The position numbers were made by a program, and so were the translations under genes. Shown piece after piece: positions 20,823 through 30,137 of a DNA stretch of 55,123 nucleotides (position 1 is its first letter; the number at the start of each line of letters is the position of its first letter). The stretch is from the IMG/VR virus record IMGVR_UViG_3300032737_000190, positions 1 through 55,123 of that record; one strand, given 5' to 3'. A model generated the notes under the pieces. The model was not told the DNA's origin and did not search any database. It saw nothing but the letters and a program-made list of their open reading frames with translations. The DNA is from a virus. Taxonomy: Duplodnaviria > Caudoviricetes.

Positions 20823-23765
20823 TTAGATAACACTCCATCGAATAGTAAAAAGTGTCTCCAGTGTAGCATTTTGCTTGAGCTGTGCCTCTACTCGATCAAT
20901 CAGACCTTCCTTCTTCTCTTCGACTTCATCCTGAGACTCAAAAAGCTTCTTTCGCATCTCATTCCTCTTCTTTTCCATATCCTTAATCGACTTCTGTACT
21001 TTCAATTTTTCATCCAAGTTTAATATTTTCTTAGAAGCAGTCTTTGCAGTCTTAATATCTATGTCGAGCTTCTTTAAATCAAGTTCAAGAGCTTTCTTTA
21101 CGTCTTCTGCCCACTTATCCAGCTTATCAACCTCTGTATCAAAGAAGTCGCTGTTGCGTTCGGCGATCTGCCCAGAGATAAGAGTAACTGTTTGCTCTTC
21201 AGCTTGTTGTAGTTGTGCAATATCATCTGCCGTCAGATCTTCACACTGCTTAGTGCTTCCAGATAAGGCAAAAATCTTCTTCGATACTTCAGGATCCAAT
21301 ACCTTGCCACTCGCATCGAGAGCAATGGTAAGAATATGGTCTTCACTCTCAAAGGCCTGAACCGTGTAGCAGGCAACACGCATGACACCGCTTTTTCCGA
21401 CTAAATCTTCCAGTACAGAAATTTTGACTTTGTTGTTCGTGTAATCGAACGTCATTTCCGTTGTCGGAAGATCTGCTTCCTTTACCTTTTCTAAAATGCG
21501 CTGTGCCAAGGGATGTCCAGGGCGATAGACATGGGAATCTTCTATATTTTTTCCGATCTTGTATGGCCCTGGTGGAATGGCTTCGCCTTTAAATGGGTTC
21601 TTTTTAAGGAGAAATGAATATCCTTCTTCGGCATACTCTGCGCTATCACCAAGAAAGTATCTTGTTGTGTCCCAAAGCCAACGTTCATACTTATCAAGAT
21701 ACTGCTGACTTTCACTAAGATTGAAACGCAGTTTTTCATGTACCTCGGCATCAAAGTTTTCTAGCAGTTTTTGTTTCGCATCTCCCATATTTTCCTGAAT
21801 GCTTTCATCCATTTCCTGCTGGAGCGCGTCAAACGCCGTATTGATTTCGTCTTCAGATCGACATGACTGATAGATTGAAGCAATTCGCTTCTCAAAATCT
21901 ACTCCAGATTCAATACTACCCAGCACTTCATCACTGGCGCCAAATACACCTTTAAAGAGGTTAAATTTCTGGTCGAGCAATTCGTAAACACGCTGATCTG
22001 CAGCATTCTTTCTATTCACAAAGTTAATGACCACTACGTCATACTTCTGACCGTATCGATGGCAGCGTCCTATTCTTTGCTCGATCCGCTGTGGATTCCA
22101 AGGCAAATCATAGTTAATAACCAGCGAACAGAATTGAAGGTTGATACCCTCGGCTCCCGCTTCTGTAGCAATCATTATTTCTGCCTCATTCTTGAAATAA
22201 TCCACTATTGAAGCTCGCATATCTGCAGACTTTGAACCGCTTATCTTGTCAGTATCTTTGTGTTTCTCCAGCCATTCTGAGTAGATCTCTTTTGACTTAG
22301 GATCATTGTTTGATCCATTAAAGAATACGACTTTATCTTTGTACCCATTATCCGAAAGCATCTCCATCAGATAATTTTGTGTGATACGTGATTCAGTAAA
22401 AATAATGGCTTTCTTCTGTGCACCTAGGCTTTCTGTCATCTGAAAACCTTTTTCAATACCAATAAGCAAAGCATCCCCCTTTGAATTCTTCCATATTTTT
22501 TTTGCTATATCACGATATCTTTGCAGATCTTTCCTTTCCTCCTTCATCGCTTCAATGTCTTCCTTTGTAAATATTTTCGTTTCAGTATCTTCATCTTCGT
22601 CAGTATCCTCTTCTTCATCGATCCACTCATCAGATAGTTCATCATACGTATCAAAATCTTCTTCAATATTCGGAATGCCTAACTCTTGTTGTACATTCTT
22701 CTTCTTAGCCTCTTTGATGAGCATTTCAAGCTTCGTTGCCAGTCCATCTAAAGTGCTGGCAATTGCAAAGGATGATGAGGCAAGTAATTTTCGAAGAATA
22801 AGAGTCATGAGATGCCTTTGACTCGCTGGCAATGCATAGAGAATCGGGCGCTGAAGGTAGTCAGTCATCTCATCATACAATTCAATCTCTTGATCAGACG
22901 GAACGTAGTCCTGTGTTAAGGGTATGCGTTTAGTGTACTTGATATATTCAAGAACCTGACGTCGCAAAGTGCGAATGCAGACAGTCTTCAGGCGATTGCG
23001 AAGATCAAGGAACATCTCCTGCTTTGGTTCGACAAGACCCAACTCATTTTCATAGATATCTTGCACTTGTGATACCCGGGCATAATTTGCCTTAAAACTC
23101 TTTAAATCACCGAATACATGGTCATCAATAATGCTTACAAGACCGTAAAGTTCGAGAAGAGAGTTTTGTAGAGGGGTGGCGGTGAGCAAGATCTTGGGAA
23201 TACCTTCAAGTGATGCCTTAATCTCTTTAGCAATCTTATTGCTTGGCTTGTACACATTCCGCAAACGATGCGCCTCATCGATAATGACCAGATCCCACGG
23301 AGTCTGTTTTACATATGGCGACTTGTTTCGCGCAAAGTGATAGGAGCAAATAACAATATTATCCTCTTGGTCAAATGGGTTTAGATTTCCATCTTTGATG
23401 AGTTGATTGAAAGACTTAGCCTCTAATAGACTTGATGGAATAAAAAACTTTTCCTGCAACTCTGCGCTCCATTGCTTACGAAGGTTTGATGGAACAATGA
23501 GCAGTATTTTCCGTTTCCGCTCTGCCCATTTCTGAGAAATAACCAGACCTGCCTCAATAGTCTTTCCAAGTCCTACCTCATCGGCAAGAATTGCCCCCTT
23601 TGAAAGAGGCGAACGGAAAGCGAATAATGCTGCTTCAATCTGGTGTGGATTAAGATCAACTTGAGCATTGGATAGCGTAGAAGTTAGCTTTTCCAAGCTA
23701 TTAGATGAGCTTCTCTTGGTAAGCTCATACGCGAAATACTTTGCATGATATTCAGTTATATCCAC
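20823..23765 (-). CDS. SNF2-family helicase (RapA/DrmD-like)
   Basis: LADEVGLGKT, DEAH, TATPLQN, GAEGINLQ, YDLPWNPQRIEQRIGRCHR; GTG start. Confidence 0.92.
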   Translation of the reverse strand: MDITEYHAKYFAYELTKRSSSNSLEKLTSTLSNAQVDLNPHQIEAALFAFRSPLSKGAILADEVGLGKTIEAGLVISQKWAERKRKILLIVPSNLRKQWSAELQEKFFIPSSLLEAKSFNQLIKDGNLNPFDQEDNIVICSYHFARNKSPYVKQTPWDLVIIDEAHRLRNVYKPSNKIAKEIKASLEGIPKILLTATPLQNSLLELYGLVSIIDDHVFGDLKSFKANYARVSQVQDIYENELGLVEPKQEMFLDLRNRLKTVCIRTLRRQVLEYIKYTKRIPLTQDYVPSDQEIELYDEMTDYLQRPILYALPASQRHLMTLILRKLLASSSFAIASTLDGLATKLEMLIKEAKKKNVQQELGIPNIEEDFDTYDELSDEWIDEEEDTDEDEDTETKIFTKEDIEAMKEERKDLQRYRDIAKKIWKNSKGDALLIGIEKGFQMTESLGAQKKAIIFTESRITQNYLMEMLSDNGYKDKVVFFNGSNNDPKSKEIYSEWLEKHKDTDKISGSKSADMRASIVDYFKNEAEIMIATEAGAEGINLQFCSLVINYDLPWNPQRIEQRIGRCHRYGQKYDVVVINFVNRKNAADQRVYELLDQKFNLFKGVFGASDEVLGSIESGVDFEKRIASIYQSCRSEDEINTAFDALQQEMDESIQENMGDAKQKLLENFDAEVHEKLRFNLSESQQYLDKYERWLWDTTRYFLGDSAEYAEEGYSFLLKKNPFKGEAIPPGPYKIGKNIEDSHVYRPGHPLAQRILEKVKEADLPTTEMTFDYTNNKVKISVLEDLVGKSGVMRVACYTVQAFESEDHILTIALDASGKVLDPEVSKKIFALSGSTKQCEDLTADDIAQLQQAEEQTVTLISGQIAERNSDFFDTEVDKLDKWAEDVKKALELDLKKLDIDIKTAKTASKKILNLDEKLKVQKSIKDMEKKRNEMRKKLFESQDEVEEKKEGLIDRVEAQLKQNATLETLFTIRWSVI

Positions 23766-23835
23766 GTTTGGAGTATAACGTATGCAATGAATTAGTGATA
23801 AGTAAAAGCATTTAACTTACTAAATATTGACGTGA

Positions 23836-25296
23836 TTAGAACTTTTTACTGAGAAGGTGAAATATCTCAACCATAGCCAGTGTATCCAAATTGCAATACG
23901 TCAGAAGGTTCTGAAAAATCTGCTCACGTTCTTCTTCACTCTTACTAAACGACTTATTCCATAATAGTGAAGCAGTCATACCTTCTTGTACTTCTAGATT
24001 TTGGTATGAAAGATGTGGTAACAGTACTGGTAACACCTTTTTGAGGGAGTAGCTTCCACAGAAGCGATAGTCTACATAGTGTTGCTCGCTGAATATTTCC
24101 TTAAGATCGAAAATGCGATCGTTCATTGATCTAAGGAATTCGGCATGTTCCGGTAAAAGTGATGCCATGATCTCATTGCATCTGATCTCAAAACTCTTAT
24201 GCCATACAATAATCGTTCCCTCTTCTCCAATATCAGAGCGTAGAGCAGATGAAATGGCTGGCATTGTATTCCCATACTCTTGTGCAAGGAATTCTTTATG
24301 TATCAGTTCAGATGTAGGCGATTCCAAAATGTGTAGAGAATACTGGAATGGCATAGTTTGATTCGGATGGAATCCATCAAATGGAGGAACAACAGAAGAG
24401 AATGTTTCGTAATCGAAGAAATATAGTGGATATGTCAGGCTACCAAGAACTTCTTTAATTGATGTAAGATTAATAATAGGTTCTTCACGTTTTGTAGAAA
24501 GAACTTGATTCAATTGTGCATCATTTAACTCGAATTCATCTGGCACGTCGCTTATAACAAGAATTTTTTGGTTAGTTAGCAGCTGCACCTTCTTTTTGGA
24601 AATACCTCGTAGCTCATAGACAGAATGGTCAGGGAGTCCAGGATAACAATGAGTACAACACGGTGAATTTTTATAAGTGCAACTACAAGGAAACTCTTCG
24701 ATCGTTGGCTCTTCTGTACATTCAAGGACGCGCTTTGCTTTTGGAATAGCTGCCTCAACTTCGTCTATCAATGCGCAAGCACTCTCTGTTACATCTTCAA
24801 TCAGCAGGAGTCCATTTGGATCTATATCTCCATTACGAATGTATTCTCGATTAATATGCACAATGCTCAATGTTCCTATCTTGTATCCAGCCCGTTCGTA
24901 AGCCAATTTCTGAAAACAGACGTCGTACAGGTGTTTCTTCTTTATTTCTGTGCTGCCCTTCACTTCTACGATATTCCATACTTTCCGCTTAGAATCGAAA
25001 AGTAGAATATCAGCCATGGCAAGAAGTCCATCACCAATAGCAGTTGCTTGGTACAAAGTTTGAATACCTGTTTCTATAGCTTTTTTAGTATCCCGTTCTC
25101 CTGCCATATGAAAGCTTTTTATGTGCTTCCCATTTGGGAAAAGCTTGCATGCCCATTCTTCAACAGCTTCACCTTCATCTGCCATGCGTTCCTGCTCCAG
25201 CGGACTTGCTGTATCTATTTGATCTTTATCGTTATCCGATAGCCACAGATAACGTGGACATTGAAGATAGCGTATGAATCGTGATTTTGTCAGCAT
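23836..25296 (-). CDS. DUF2779 protein (Cas4-like PD-(D/E)xK plus RNase H-like exonuclease)
   Basis: MLTKSRF...QCPR; ADIL...IVEVKGST; Cys cluster; YFFDYET, PFQYSLH, YCNLDT. Confidence 0.85.
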   Translation of the reverse strand: MLTKSRFIRYLQCPRYLWLSDNDKDQIDTASPLEQERMADEGEAVEEWACKLFPNGKHIKSFHMAGERDTKKAIETGIQTLYQATAIGDGLLAMADILLFDSKRKVWNIVEVKGSTEIKKKHLYDVCFQKLAYERAGYKIGTLSIVHINREYIRNGDIDPNGLLLIEDVTESACALIDEVEAAIPKAKRVLECTEEPTIEEFPCSCTYKNSPCCTHCYPGLPDHSVYELRGISKKKVQLLTNQKILVISDVPDEFELNDAQLNQVLSTKREEPIINLTSIKEVLGSLTYPLYFFDYETFSSVVPPFDGFHPNQTMPFQYSLHILESPTSELIHKEFLAQEYGNTMPAISSALRSDIGEEGTIIVWHKSFEIRCNEIMASLLPEHAEFLRSMNDRIFDLKEIFSEQHYVDYRFCGSYSLKKVLPVLLPHLSYQNLEVQEGMTASLLWNKSFSKSEEEREQIFQNLLTYCNLDTLAMVEIFHLLSKKF

Positions 25297-25320
25297 TGTG
25301 TCTAGTGTAGTGAATTATCC

Positions 25321-26415
25321 CTATATCTCAGAGAAGTTCTTCTGACTAATTTCAGTAACCATTGTCTCAAAAACAGAGAGAAGCCCCTGAATATCTTTCG
25401 TCGAGAAGTCATTAAGGCGAATTTCGTAGTACGTAGCATCAAACTTATCTCGTATGAGTGATGGTACAGTCTTCACGAACAGATCGGCATACTTCTTTCG
25501 TAGTTCAGGATTATTCTTCCAGAATTCAGGAATGAGATTCCATCGACCCGGAGTATTAGCGAAGAAGATAGTTTTTCTAATGCCATCTTTGTACTTTGCT
25601 TTAAGTTTGAAGGAATTTGTTCCGTACTCGATCGCATCAGATCCACACTTTGTAGCAAAGTCGTAAATCACACGCATCTTTCTACAAGTTTCCTCATCAC
25701 TCTCCTTGTTGAGCTCTACGAAGAACGATTCCTCGTCCCAAACGCGAGATGCCAGACGTGTACTTGCAACAGAAACGTCTTTCTTCACTTCTGTTCCAAA
25801 AAGTCTGGGGATCATAATTTCATAGCTTTCAAATTTGTAGTATTCAATCTCGGCAATGTAGATGTTAAATTTACTGTATTGGTTGAGGAAGAGTATTAGA
25901 TCTTTTAATTGAGAATGGAGATTGTCCATAAGGACGACGAATTTAAAGGTGCCTTCATCCAAGTTTCTTCTATAGCTTTCAAGGATGGTCTGTACTTCAT
26001 CATCAGATATCTCGAAGAACTCTTGTAGCTTCTGCTGTACGCTCATATTCCATTTCTTCTGCGTCTGACGCTCTATTTCATTTAGGAACTGTACGAAGTC
26101 GTTATAATGCCTCCAGAGAGATGCTCCGTAATCGAGAACTTGAGCTACGACATGGCGCTTATCAGAGTTTCGGTAGAGTTTTGTTTCAATGAGGTACAAT
26201 TCACCATCTTTGTCGATACCGACAGCATCTATAGGACCACTTTGTGTTGGAAACTCCCTAGCAATGATCAGGAGACGGATATCCTCTTTAATATCGTAGA
26301 GAGGAATGGAATCTGGATTATCGTAAATGTACTGTTGGAGTTCGTCTTCACTATTAAAAACAGAGCTATCGATGCGTTTCGCATCTTTGCCGTTTTTGGA
26401 TATTATGAGTGTCAT
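25321..26415 (-). CDS. NucS/EndoMS-like PD-(D/E)xK endonuclease domain protein
   Basis: SEDELQ...REFPTQSGPIDAVGID...LIETK...VVAQVLDY; start at ATG 26415. Confidence 0.75.
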   Translation of the reverse strand: MTLIISKNGKDAKRIDSSVFNSEDELQQYIYDNPDSIPLYDIKEDIRLLIIAREFPTQSGPIDAVGIDKDGELYLIETKLYRNSDKRHVVAQVLDYGASLWRHYNDFVQFLNEIERQTQKKWNMSVQQKLQEFFEISDDEVQTILESYRRNLDEGTFKFVVLMDNLHSQLKDLILFLNQYSKFNIYIAEIEYYKFESYEIMIPRLFGTEVKKDVSVASTRLASRVWDEESFFVELNKESDEETCRKMRVIYDFATKCGSDAIEYGTNSFKLKAKYKDGIRKTIFFANTPGRWNLIPEFWKNNPELRKKYADLFVKTVPSLIRDKFDATYYEIRLNDFSTKDIQGLLSVFETMVTEISQKNFSEI

Positions 26416-26463
26416 GTAAGCATTGTGAGCATATATTATTAGAATGAAAGTATTACAATTTGC

Positions 26464-26485
26464 ACACCAACTGTAAAGTAGGTGT
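26464..26485. promoter_or_regulatory. Candidate operator (inverted repeat) in divergent promoter region
   Basis: ACACCAAC-TGTAAA-GTAGGTGT, 7 of 8 positions palindromic, upstream of the XRE gene. Confidence 0.4.
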
Positions 26486-26518
26486 AAAATACTTTGGCCA
26501 ATCCCGATACTCTTTGGG

Positions 26519-26728
26519 ATGGGTATAATCACAAAGACAGTATCGAAGAATTTAAAGCAGTTACGTGAGAAGCGTGGCCTCACTCAAGAGGAGGCAGCTG
26601 ATTTGTGCAATATGGAGTACAAACAGTACCAGCGTTATGAGAGCAATAAGCTTAAGGATATGCGCATGAGTACAATTGAGAAGATTGCGAAAGGTTTTGA
26701 TGTAGATCCATCTGAGTTGCTGATGTGA
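26519..26728 (+). CDS. XRE-family HTH regulator (R-M controller-like)
   Basis: NLKQLREKRGLTQEEAA...YQRYE...STIEKIAKGFDV. Confidence 0.9.
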   Translation: MGIITKTVSKNLKQLREKRGLTQEEAADLCNMEYKQYQRYESNKLKDMRMSTIEKIAKGFDVDPSELLM

Positions 26729-26763
26729 GCATTTCCGGAATTAAAATGTGGTAGAATGCACGC

Positions 26764-27108
26764 ATGCCAATTCCTAAGAAGTATAAACACATAAATTTTA
26801 AACCACCTGCGGAGGTCGCTAAGTATGCGGCTGAGGGATTAAGGCTAAGGCGTGAATTTAAGCGTGGAGGGACACCAGTAGGAATAGCCCGTGCTCGTGA
26901 TTTAAAGAACAGTCGGCAATTATCACCAAGCACAATCAAGCGTATGTATAGCTTTTTCGCACGTCATGAAGTAGATAAACGCGGAAAAGATTATGGGAAT
27001 CCAGATCGTCCCAGCAACGGTTTTATAGCATGGCTTCTGTGGGGAGGAGATCCCGGCAAGAAGTGGGCAGATGATATATACAGGCAAATGAAGAAATCAG
27101 ACCAATAA
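26764..27108 (+). CDS. Basic hypothetical protein resembling a phage-associated domain
   Basis: PP..VA..A..GL.LR...GGT.VG.ARARDL...KRMYSFFARHE...IAWLLWGGD. Confidence 0.65.
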   Translation: MPIPKKYKHINFKPPAEVAKYAAEGLRLRREFKRGGTPVGIARARDLKNSRQLSPSTIKRMYSFFARHEVDKRGKDYGNPDRPSNGFIAWLLWGGDPGKKWADDIYRQMKKSDQ

Positions 27109-27122
27109 CCACCCTGCAAAGT

Positions 27123-27527
27123 ATGCCTCCTTCAGAAACATCATATTGGTACTCTCAAATGATTAAACCTGCGTTTGCTCCTCCTGCATGGGTGTTCGGT
27201 CCGGTGTGGACGATTTTATATATAATCATTCTCATTTCTTTTGGCTACGCATTTCTTAATATTTTTAAATCTAAATGGCCTCCTAAAACTGCTGTCCCAT
27301 TCATTATTAATCTGGTAGCCAATTTTGCCTTTACACCGATTCAATTCGGACTTCAGAATAATATTCTGGCATTTATTGATATTACAATTGTTCTTGTAAC
27401 GATCATATGGATCATGCGTACAGCTTGGCCTCTTGCAAAATGGGTCAGTTGGGCACAGGTTCCTTATCTGTTATGGGTAAGCTTCGCTACTGTTCTGCAG
27501 GCTAGTATTACGTGGCTAAATTGGTAG
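27123..27527 (+). CDS. tspO: TspO/MBR family tryptophan-rich sensory protein
   Basis: WY..MIKP.FAPPAWVFGPVWTILY...PYLLWVSFA. Confidence 0.92.
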   Translation: MPPSETSYWYSQMIKPAFAPPAWVFGPVWTILYIIILISFGYAFLNIFKSKWPPKTAVPFIINLVANFAFTPIQFGLQNNILAFIDITIVLVTIIWIMRTAWPLAKWVSWAQVPYLLWVSFATVLQASITWLNW

Positions 27528-27547
27528 GAGCTAGTTTGGATTTTTAG

Positions 27548-27581
27548 GGCAAGTGGATCGCTTTAGACGCGCACCTATTGG
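27548..27581 (+). repeat. 34-bp direct repeat, left copy
   Basis: GGCAAGTGGATCGCTTTAGACGCGCACCTATTGG; 33 of 34 identical to 36764-36797. Confidence 0.92.
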
Positions 27582-27597
27582 ATACCCTTAAACCTTG

Positions 27598-28051
27598 CTA
27601 ACCTTCGATCTCCAGTTTTCTGCCTTTCTTCTGTATTGCTTCCTTGCTTTTGGGAATACTTATTTTAAGTTTGCCATTTTCCATTTTGCAATTGGCCTTG
27701 TCTTCAATAGCAGAAGTCGGCAGAGCTACTTTTCTAACACAACTTCCTGACGAACATTGTTTACAGTAATACTTCCTTTCTTCATCTTTTTCTTCTTTCC
27801 CATCTTTTATTGCTCCGGAGATTGAAAGTACTCCATTATCCAGAGTCACCTCGATATCATCTTTCTTGAATCCAGGAAGATCAGCAGTTACTTCTATTTG
27901 TTCATCTGTTTCCGAGATATCCAGATTTGGAGTAAATATTGCCCCAGTGGAATCCCCAAATATTGATGGTAATCCGAAGAAATCATCATCAAAAAAACCT
28001 CTCGAATGGGCCGAGAAACTGCCCCCGATGTCTATGTGGTACGAGTTGCAT
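27598..28051 (-). pseudogene. Hsp20/alpha-crystallin small heat-shock protein, frameshifted at a T7 run
   Basis: ATG 28051 gives MQLVPHRHRGQFLGPFERFF* (TTT TTT TGA); removing one T continues DDDFFG...PNLDISET...ADLPG...NGKLKISIPK. Confidence 0.8.
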
Positions 28052-28073
28052 GGTAATAGGGGAAAAATGTAAA

Positions 28074-28100
28074 TTAGCACTCGAAATTGTAGAGTGCTAA
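28074..28100. promoter_or_regulatory. CIRCE element (HrcA operator)
   Basis: Perfect TTAGCACTC-N9-GAGTGCTAA upstream of hsp20. Confidence 0.95.
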
Positions 28101-28114
28101 TTAGACCTGGTCAA
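28086..28114 (-). promoter_or_regulatory. Sigma70-type promoter of hsp20
   Basis: TTGACC-17 nt-TACAAT on the minus strand, overlapping CIRCE. Confidence 0.8.
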
Positions 28115-28219
28115 GATAGTATGAAGTGTCGACTCCTTAAGAAAAAGTGTCACACTGCCAACAAGAGCAATGCAACTCATGAGGAAGCCAAAGACGATGA
28201 TGAATGCAAGTGTTGTCAT
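28097..28219 (-). pseudogene. N-terminal fragment of a ZIP-family metal transporter
   Basis: Untracked ORF MTTLAFIIVFGFLMSCIALVGSVTLFLKESTLHTILTRSN*, like the first TM helix of ZIP transporters; truncated at the hsp20 promoter. Confidence 0.55.
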
Positions 28220-28311
28220 AACTCACTAACAAGATTGCCTGTTTCTACCAAAAATTGCAATTGTGGTGCTGAAAAATGGACGCGAGTGGATTTAAGAGAA
28301 TGTTGCAACGA

Positions 28312-28761
28312 TCATCGCGGCCACGGCGGCAAAATTAGAACCTTCGCATGAATCACATCTTCCTGATCAGGTTCCCCGATAGCAATAACAGGTATGCCAA
28401 TAGCAATGTCATCAATAGAACCTTCTTGTTCTTGATTCAGAACCTTCGTTCTTGAATCGAACACTATAACACGCTCTGTTCCGTCTCTCCTGAGTACTGT
28501 CAACGTCCCGCTCCCGATGGAGAGCACCTCTCCGCCAAATCCATGCCGCTGATGACCGAATCTTGGCGTTTCCGGTCGCATCTCTCGAATCATATCCGGT
28601 GGAAAGCCTGCTTGGCGGAATCTTCCGAATGAATGTGAAGCGCTTCGGTATGCACCGAACTGCATCCCAACGAAAAAAGTTCCTCCGAGGAGGATAATTG
28701 AAAGCATCATCAATATGACGATCATTAGAACCCGGTTGGAGGTATCATTAGGAGAAAGCAT
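28312..28761 (-). CDS. Membrane-anchored protein with DUF5666-like beta domain
   Basis: One TM helix, then GEVLSIGSGTLTV...RVIVFDSRTKV...IDDIAIG.PV...G......AKVL. Confidence 0.65.
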   Translation of the reverse strand: MLSPNDTSNRVLMIVILMMLSIILLGGTFFVGMQFGAYRSASHSFGRFRQAGFPPDMIREMRPETPRFGHQRHGFGGEVLSIGSGTLTVLRRDGTERVIVFDSRTKVLNQEQEGSIDDIAIGIPVIAIGEPDQEDVIHAKVLILPPWPR

Positions 28762-29161
28762 GACGGTTGAAAAGAATATCATAGAATGGACGAATATCCC
28801 GTATAAAAATGCGCAGTAACCAGCAGCAGAGGCCAGTAGCTACACCCGTTAAAAGCAAACTTGTGAGCGGAATGGATTCCAGAAGCGCATTCCTGCCCTC
28901 CTCCAACGCAAGCAAACCGGGTTGCTTGAACATCACATAGAAAAAATCCACCGTCTGGAATGCGACCGTATTGATGAGAAGCACGGAAAGTGCATAGAAG
29001 AACACAAGTAACGATCCGCCGAGTAAAACAGTATCACGCAGAAGTATCTTTCTCTTTTGTCGGATATTGCGCATCTGAACACGTAACTCAACTCCCTTCA
29101 CAAAGCCGTGTGGTAGACGCTTTACTTCTGCCGAGCGCTTGAGAAGGTCGTCGAGATTCAT
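28748..29161 (-). CDS. Putative anti-sigma membrane protein
   Basis: Overlaps the ECF sigma stop (ATGA); LPHGFVKGV followed by TM helices. Confidence 0.6.
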   Translation of the reverse strand: MNLDDLLKRSAEVKRLPHGFVKGVELRVQMRNIRQKRKILLRDTVLLGGSLLVFFYALSVLLINTVAFQTVDFFYVMFKQPGLLALEEGRNALLESIPLTSLLLTGVATGLCCWLLRIFIRDIRPFYDILFNRHAFS

Positions 29162-29742
29162 GATGTGAGCAGGTGTTGTAATGATGAAGAGAGGAGAGAT
29201 TTCGCCCGTTTCAGGTGCGTGCGCACAGTGTTGATGGGTAAAGATAACATCGATGCAATCTCTTCGTATGATAATCCCTCCCAGTAGTACAAGCTAATGA
29301 CCACTTGGTATTTTTGCGGGAGAGCGCGAACGGCTGCCTGTACCTGTTGTTTCTCTGAATATCTATCCAGCTTTTGTGAATGAGGTTCCTCATTGCTCTC
29401 AATGGATTCAGACATGCTGGGTTGCTCAGAATCCTCATGTTCCAGTTGCGAGAAGAGGAGCAATTTTTTACGCTTTGCGTGGTTTCTGCACAGGTTTGTG
29501 CAGACTCGAAAGAGCCATGGTTTGAGAGGATCCGAAATATCAAGCTTCGACAGGTTTTCGTGAAGTCGAATGAATGTCTCTTGTGCGATATCCTCGGCAT
29601 CGGCCTCATTGCCCGTGAGCCTTCGGGCGTAGCCGTAAATGGAAGGACCATAGTGCTCAACAAGCGCCCTAAAAGCCTCGCTGTCTCCTGCAATGGCCTG
29701 CTTTGCAAGCTTTGTATCGGAAAATTGTTCAGAGGAAGACAT
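29158..29742 (-). CDS. ECF RNA polymerase sigma factor (SigW/RpoE-like)
   Basis: GDSEAFRALV, DAEDIAQETF, WLFRVCTNLCRN, LSYEEIA...NTVRTHLKRAK; start ATG 29742. Confidence 0.93.
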   Translation of the reverse strand: MSSSEQFSDTKLAKQAIAGDSEAFRALVEHYGPSIYGYARRLTGNEADAEDIAQETFIRLHENLSKLDISDPLKPWLFRVCTNLCRNHAKRKKLLLFSQLEHEDSEQPSMSESIESNEEPHSQKLDRYSEKQQVQAAVRALPQKYQVVISLYYWEGLSYEEIASMLSLPINTVRTHLKRAKSLLSSSLQHLLTS

Positions 29743-29763
29743 GTCGATAGCATTGTACTTCCT

Positions 29764-29791
29764 TACACAACGGGAGGCGAAGAAAGTTTCA
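29764..29791 (-). promoter_or_regulatory. ECF promoter (autoregulatory)
   Basis: TGAAAC-N15-TTGTGTA upstream of the sigma gene. Confidence 0.8.
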
Positions 29792-30066
29792 ATATGATTT
29801 ATAAAATTCTTCTTGGCGCTCTCGATTTCACACTTTGCAGGCCTGATCAGTTCAGCAAAATCAAAGAATTGGAGGGTCAGAGAATGCATCACTGCTAAGA
29901 AGAAAAGACAGCCTGAACTATTACAAAGAAAACAGCCAGCGGCAAGCATACCTCCAAGCAAAACGCTGCGAGCTTGGATTTGAGCAATTTCGATAACGTC
30001 TGGTAATTCTTAGGCATATATCAATGGTACACACAGATAAGATGCAAAATAGTTTCAGCGATATCG

Positions 30067-30094
30067 TGAAACTTTTTCTGTATTCAGTTGTGTC
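30067..30094 (+). promoter_or_regulatory. ECF promoter of SLH gene
   Basis: TGAAAC-N15-TTGTGTC. Confidence 0.8.
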
Positions 30095-30137
30095 TTCTGT
30101 GTGAAATCTATTTTTATTCATTTACCTATTGATTTTC

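Noticed and set aside
23836-25296. CRISPR-Cas locus suggested by Cas4-like domains or the 34-bp repeat
   Set aside because: No repeat-spacer array (only two repeat copies, 9.2 kb apart) and no cas1/cas2 or effector genes.
27598-28080. 160-aa hsp20 ORF starting at GTG 28080 as tracked
   Set aside because: That start lies inside the CIRCE operator; the ATG at 28051 in another frame gives a typical Hsp20 N-terminus.
29743-30121. N-terminal extension of the sigma ORF and short ORFs in the divergent spacer
   Set aside because: The region holds the two divergent ECF promoters and its translations have no recognisable features.
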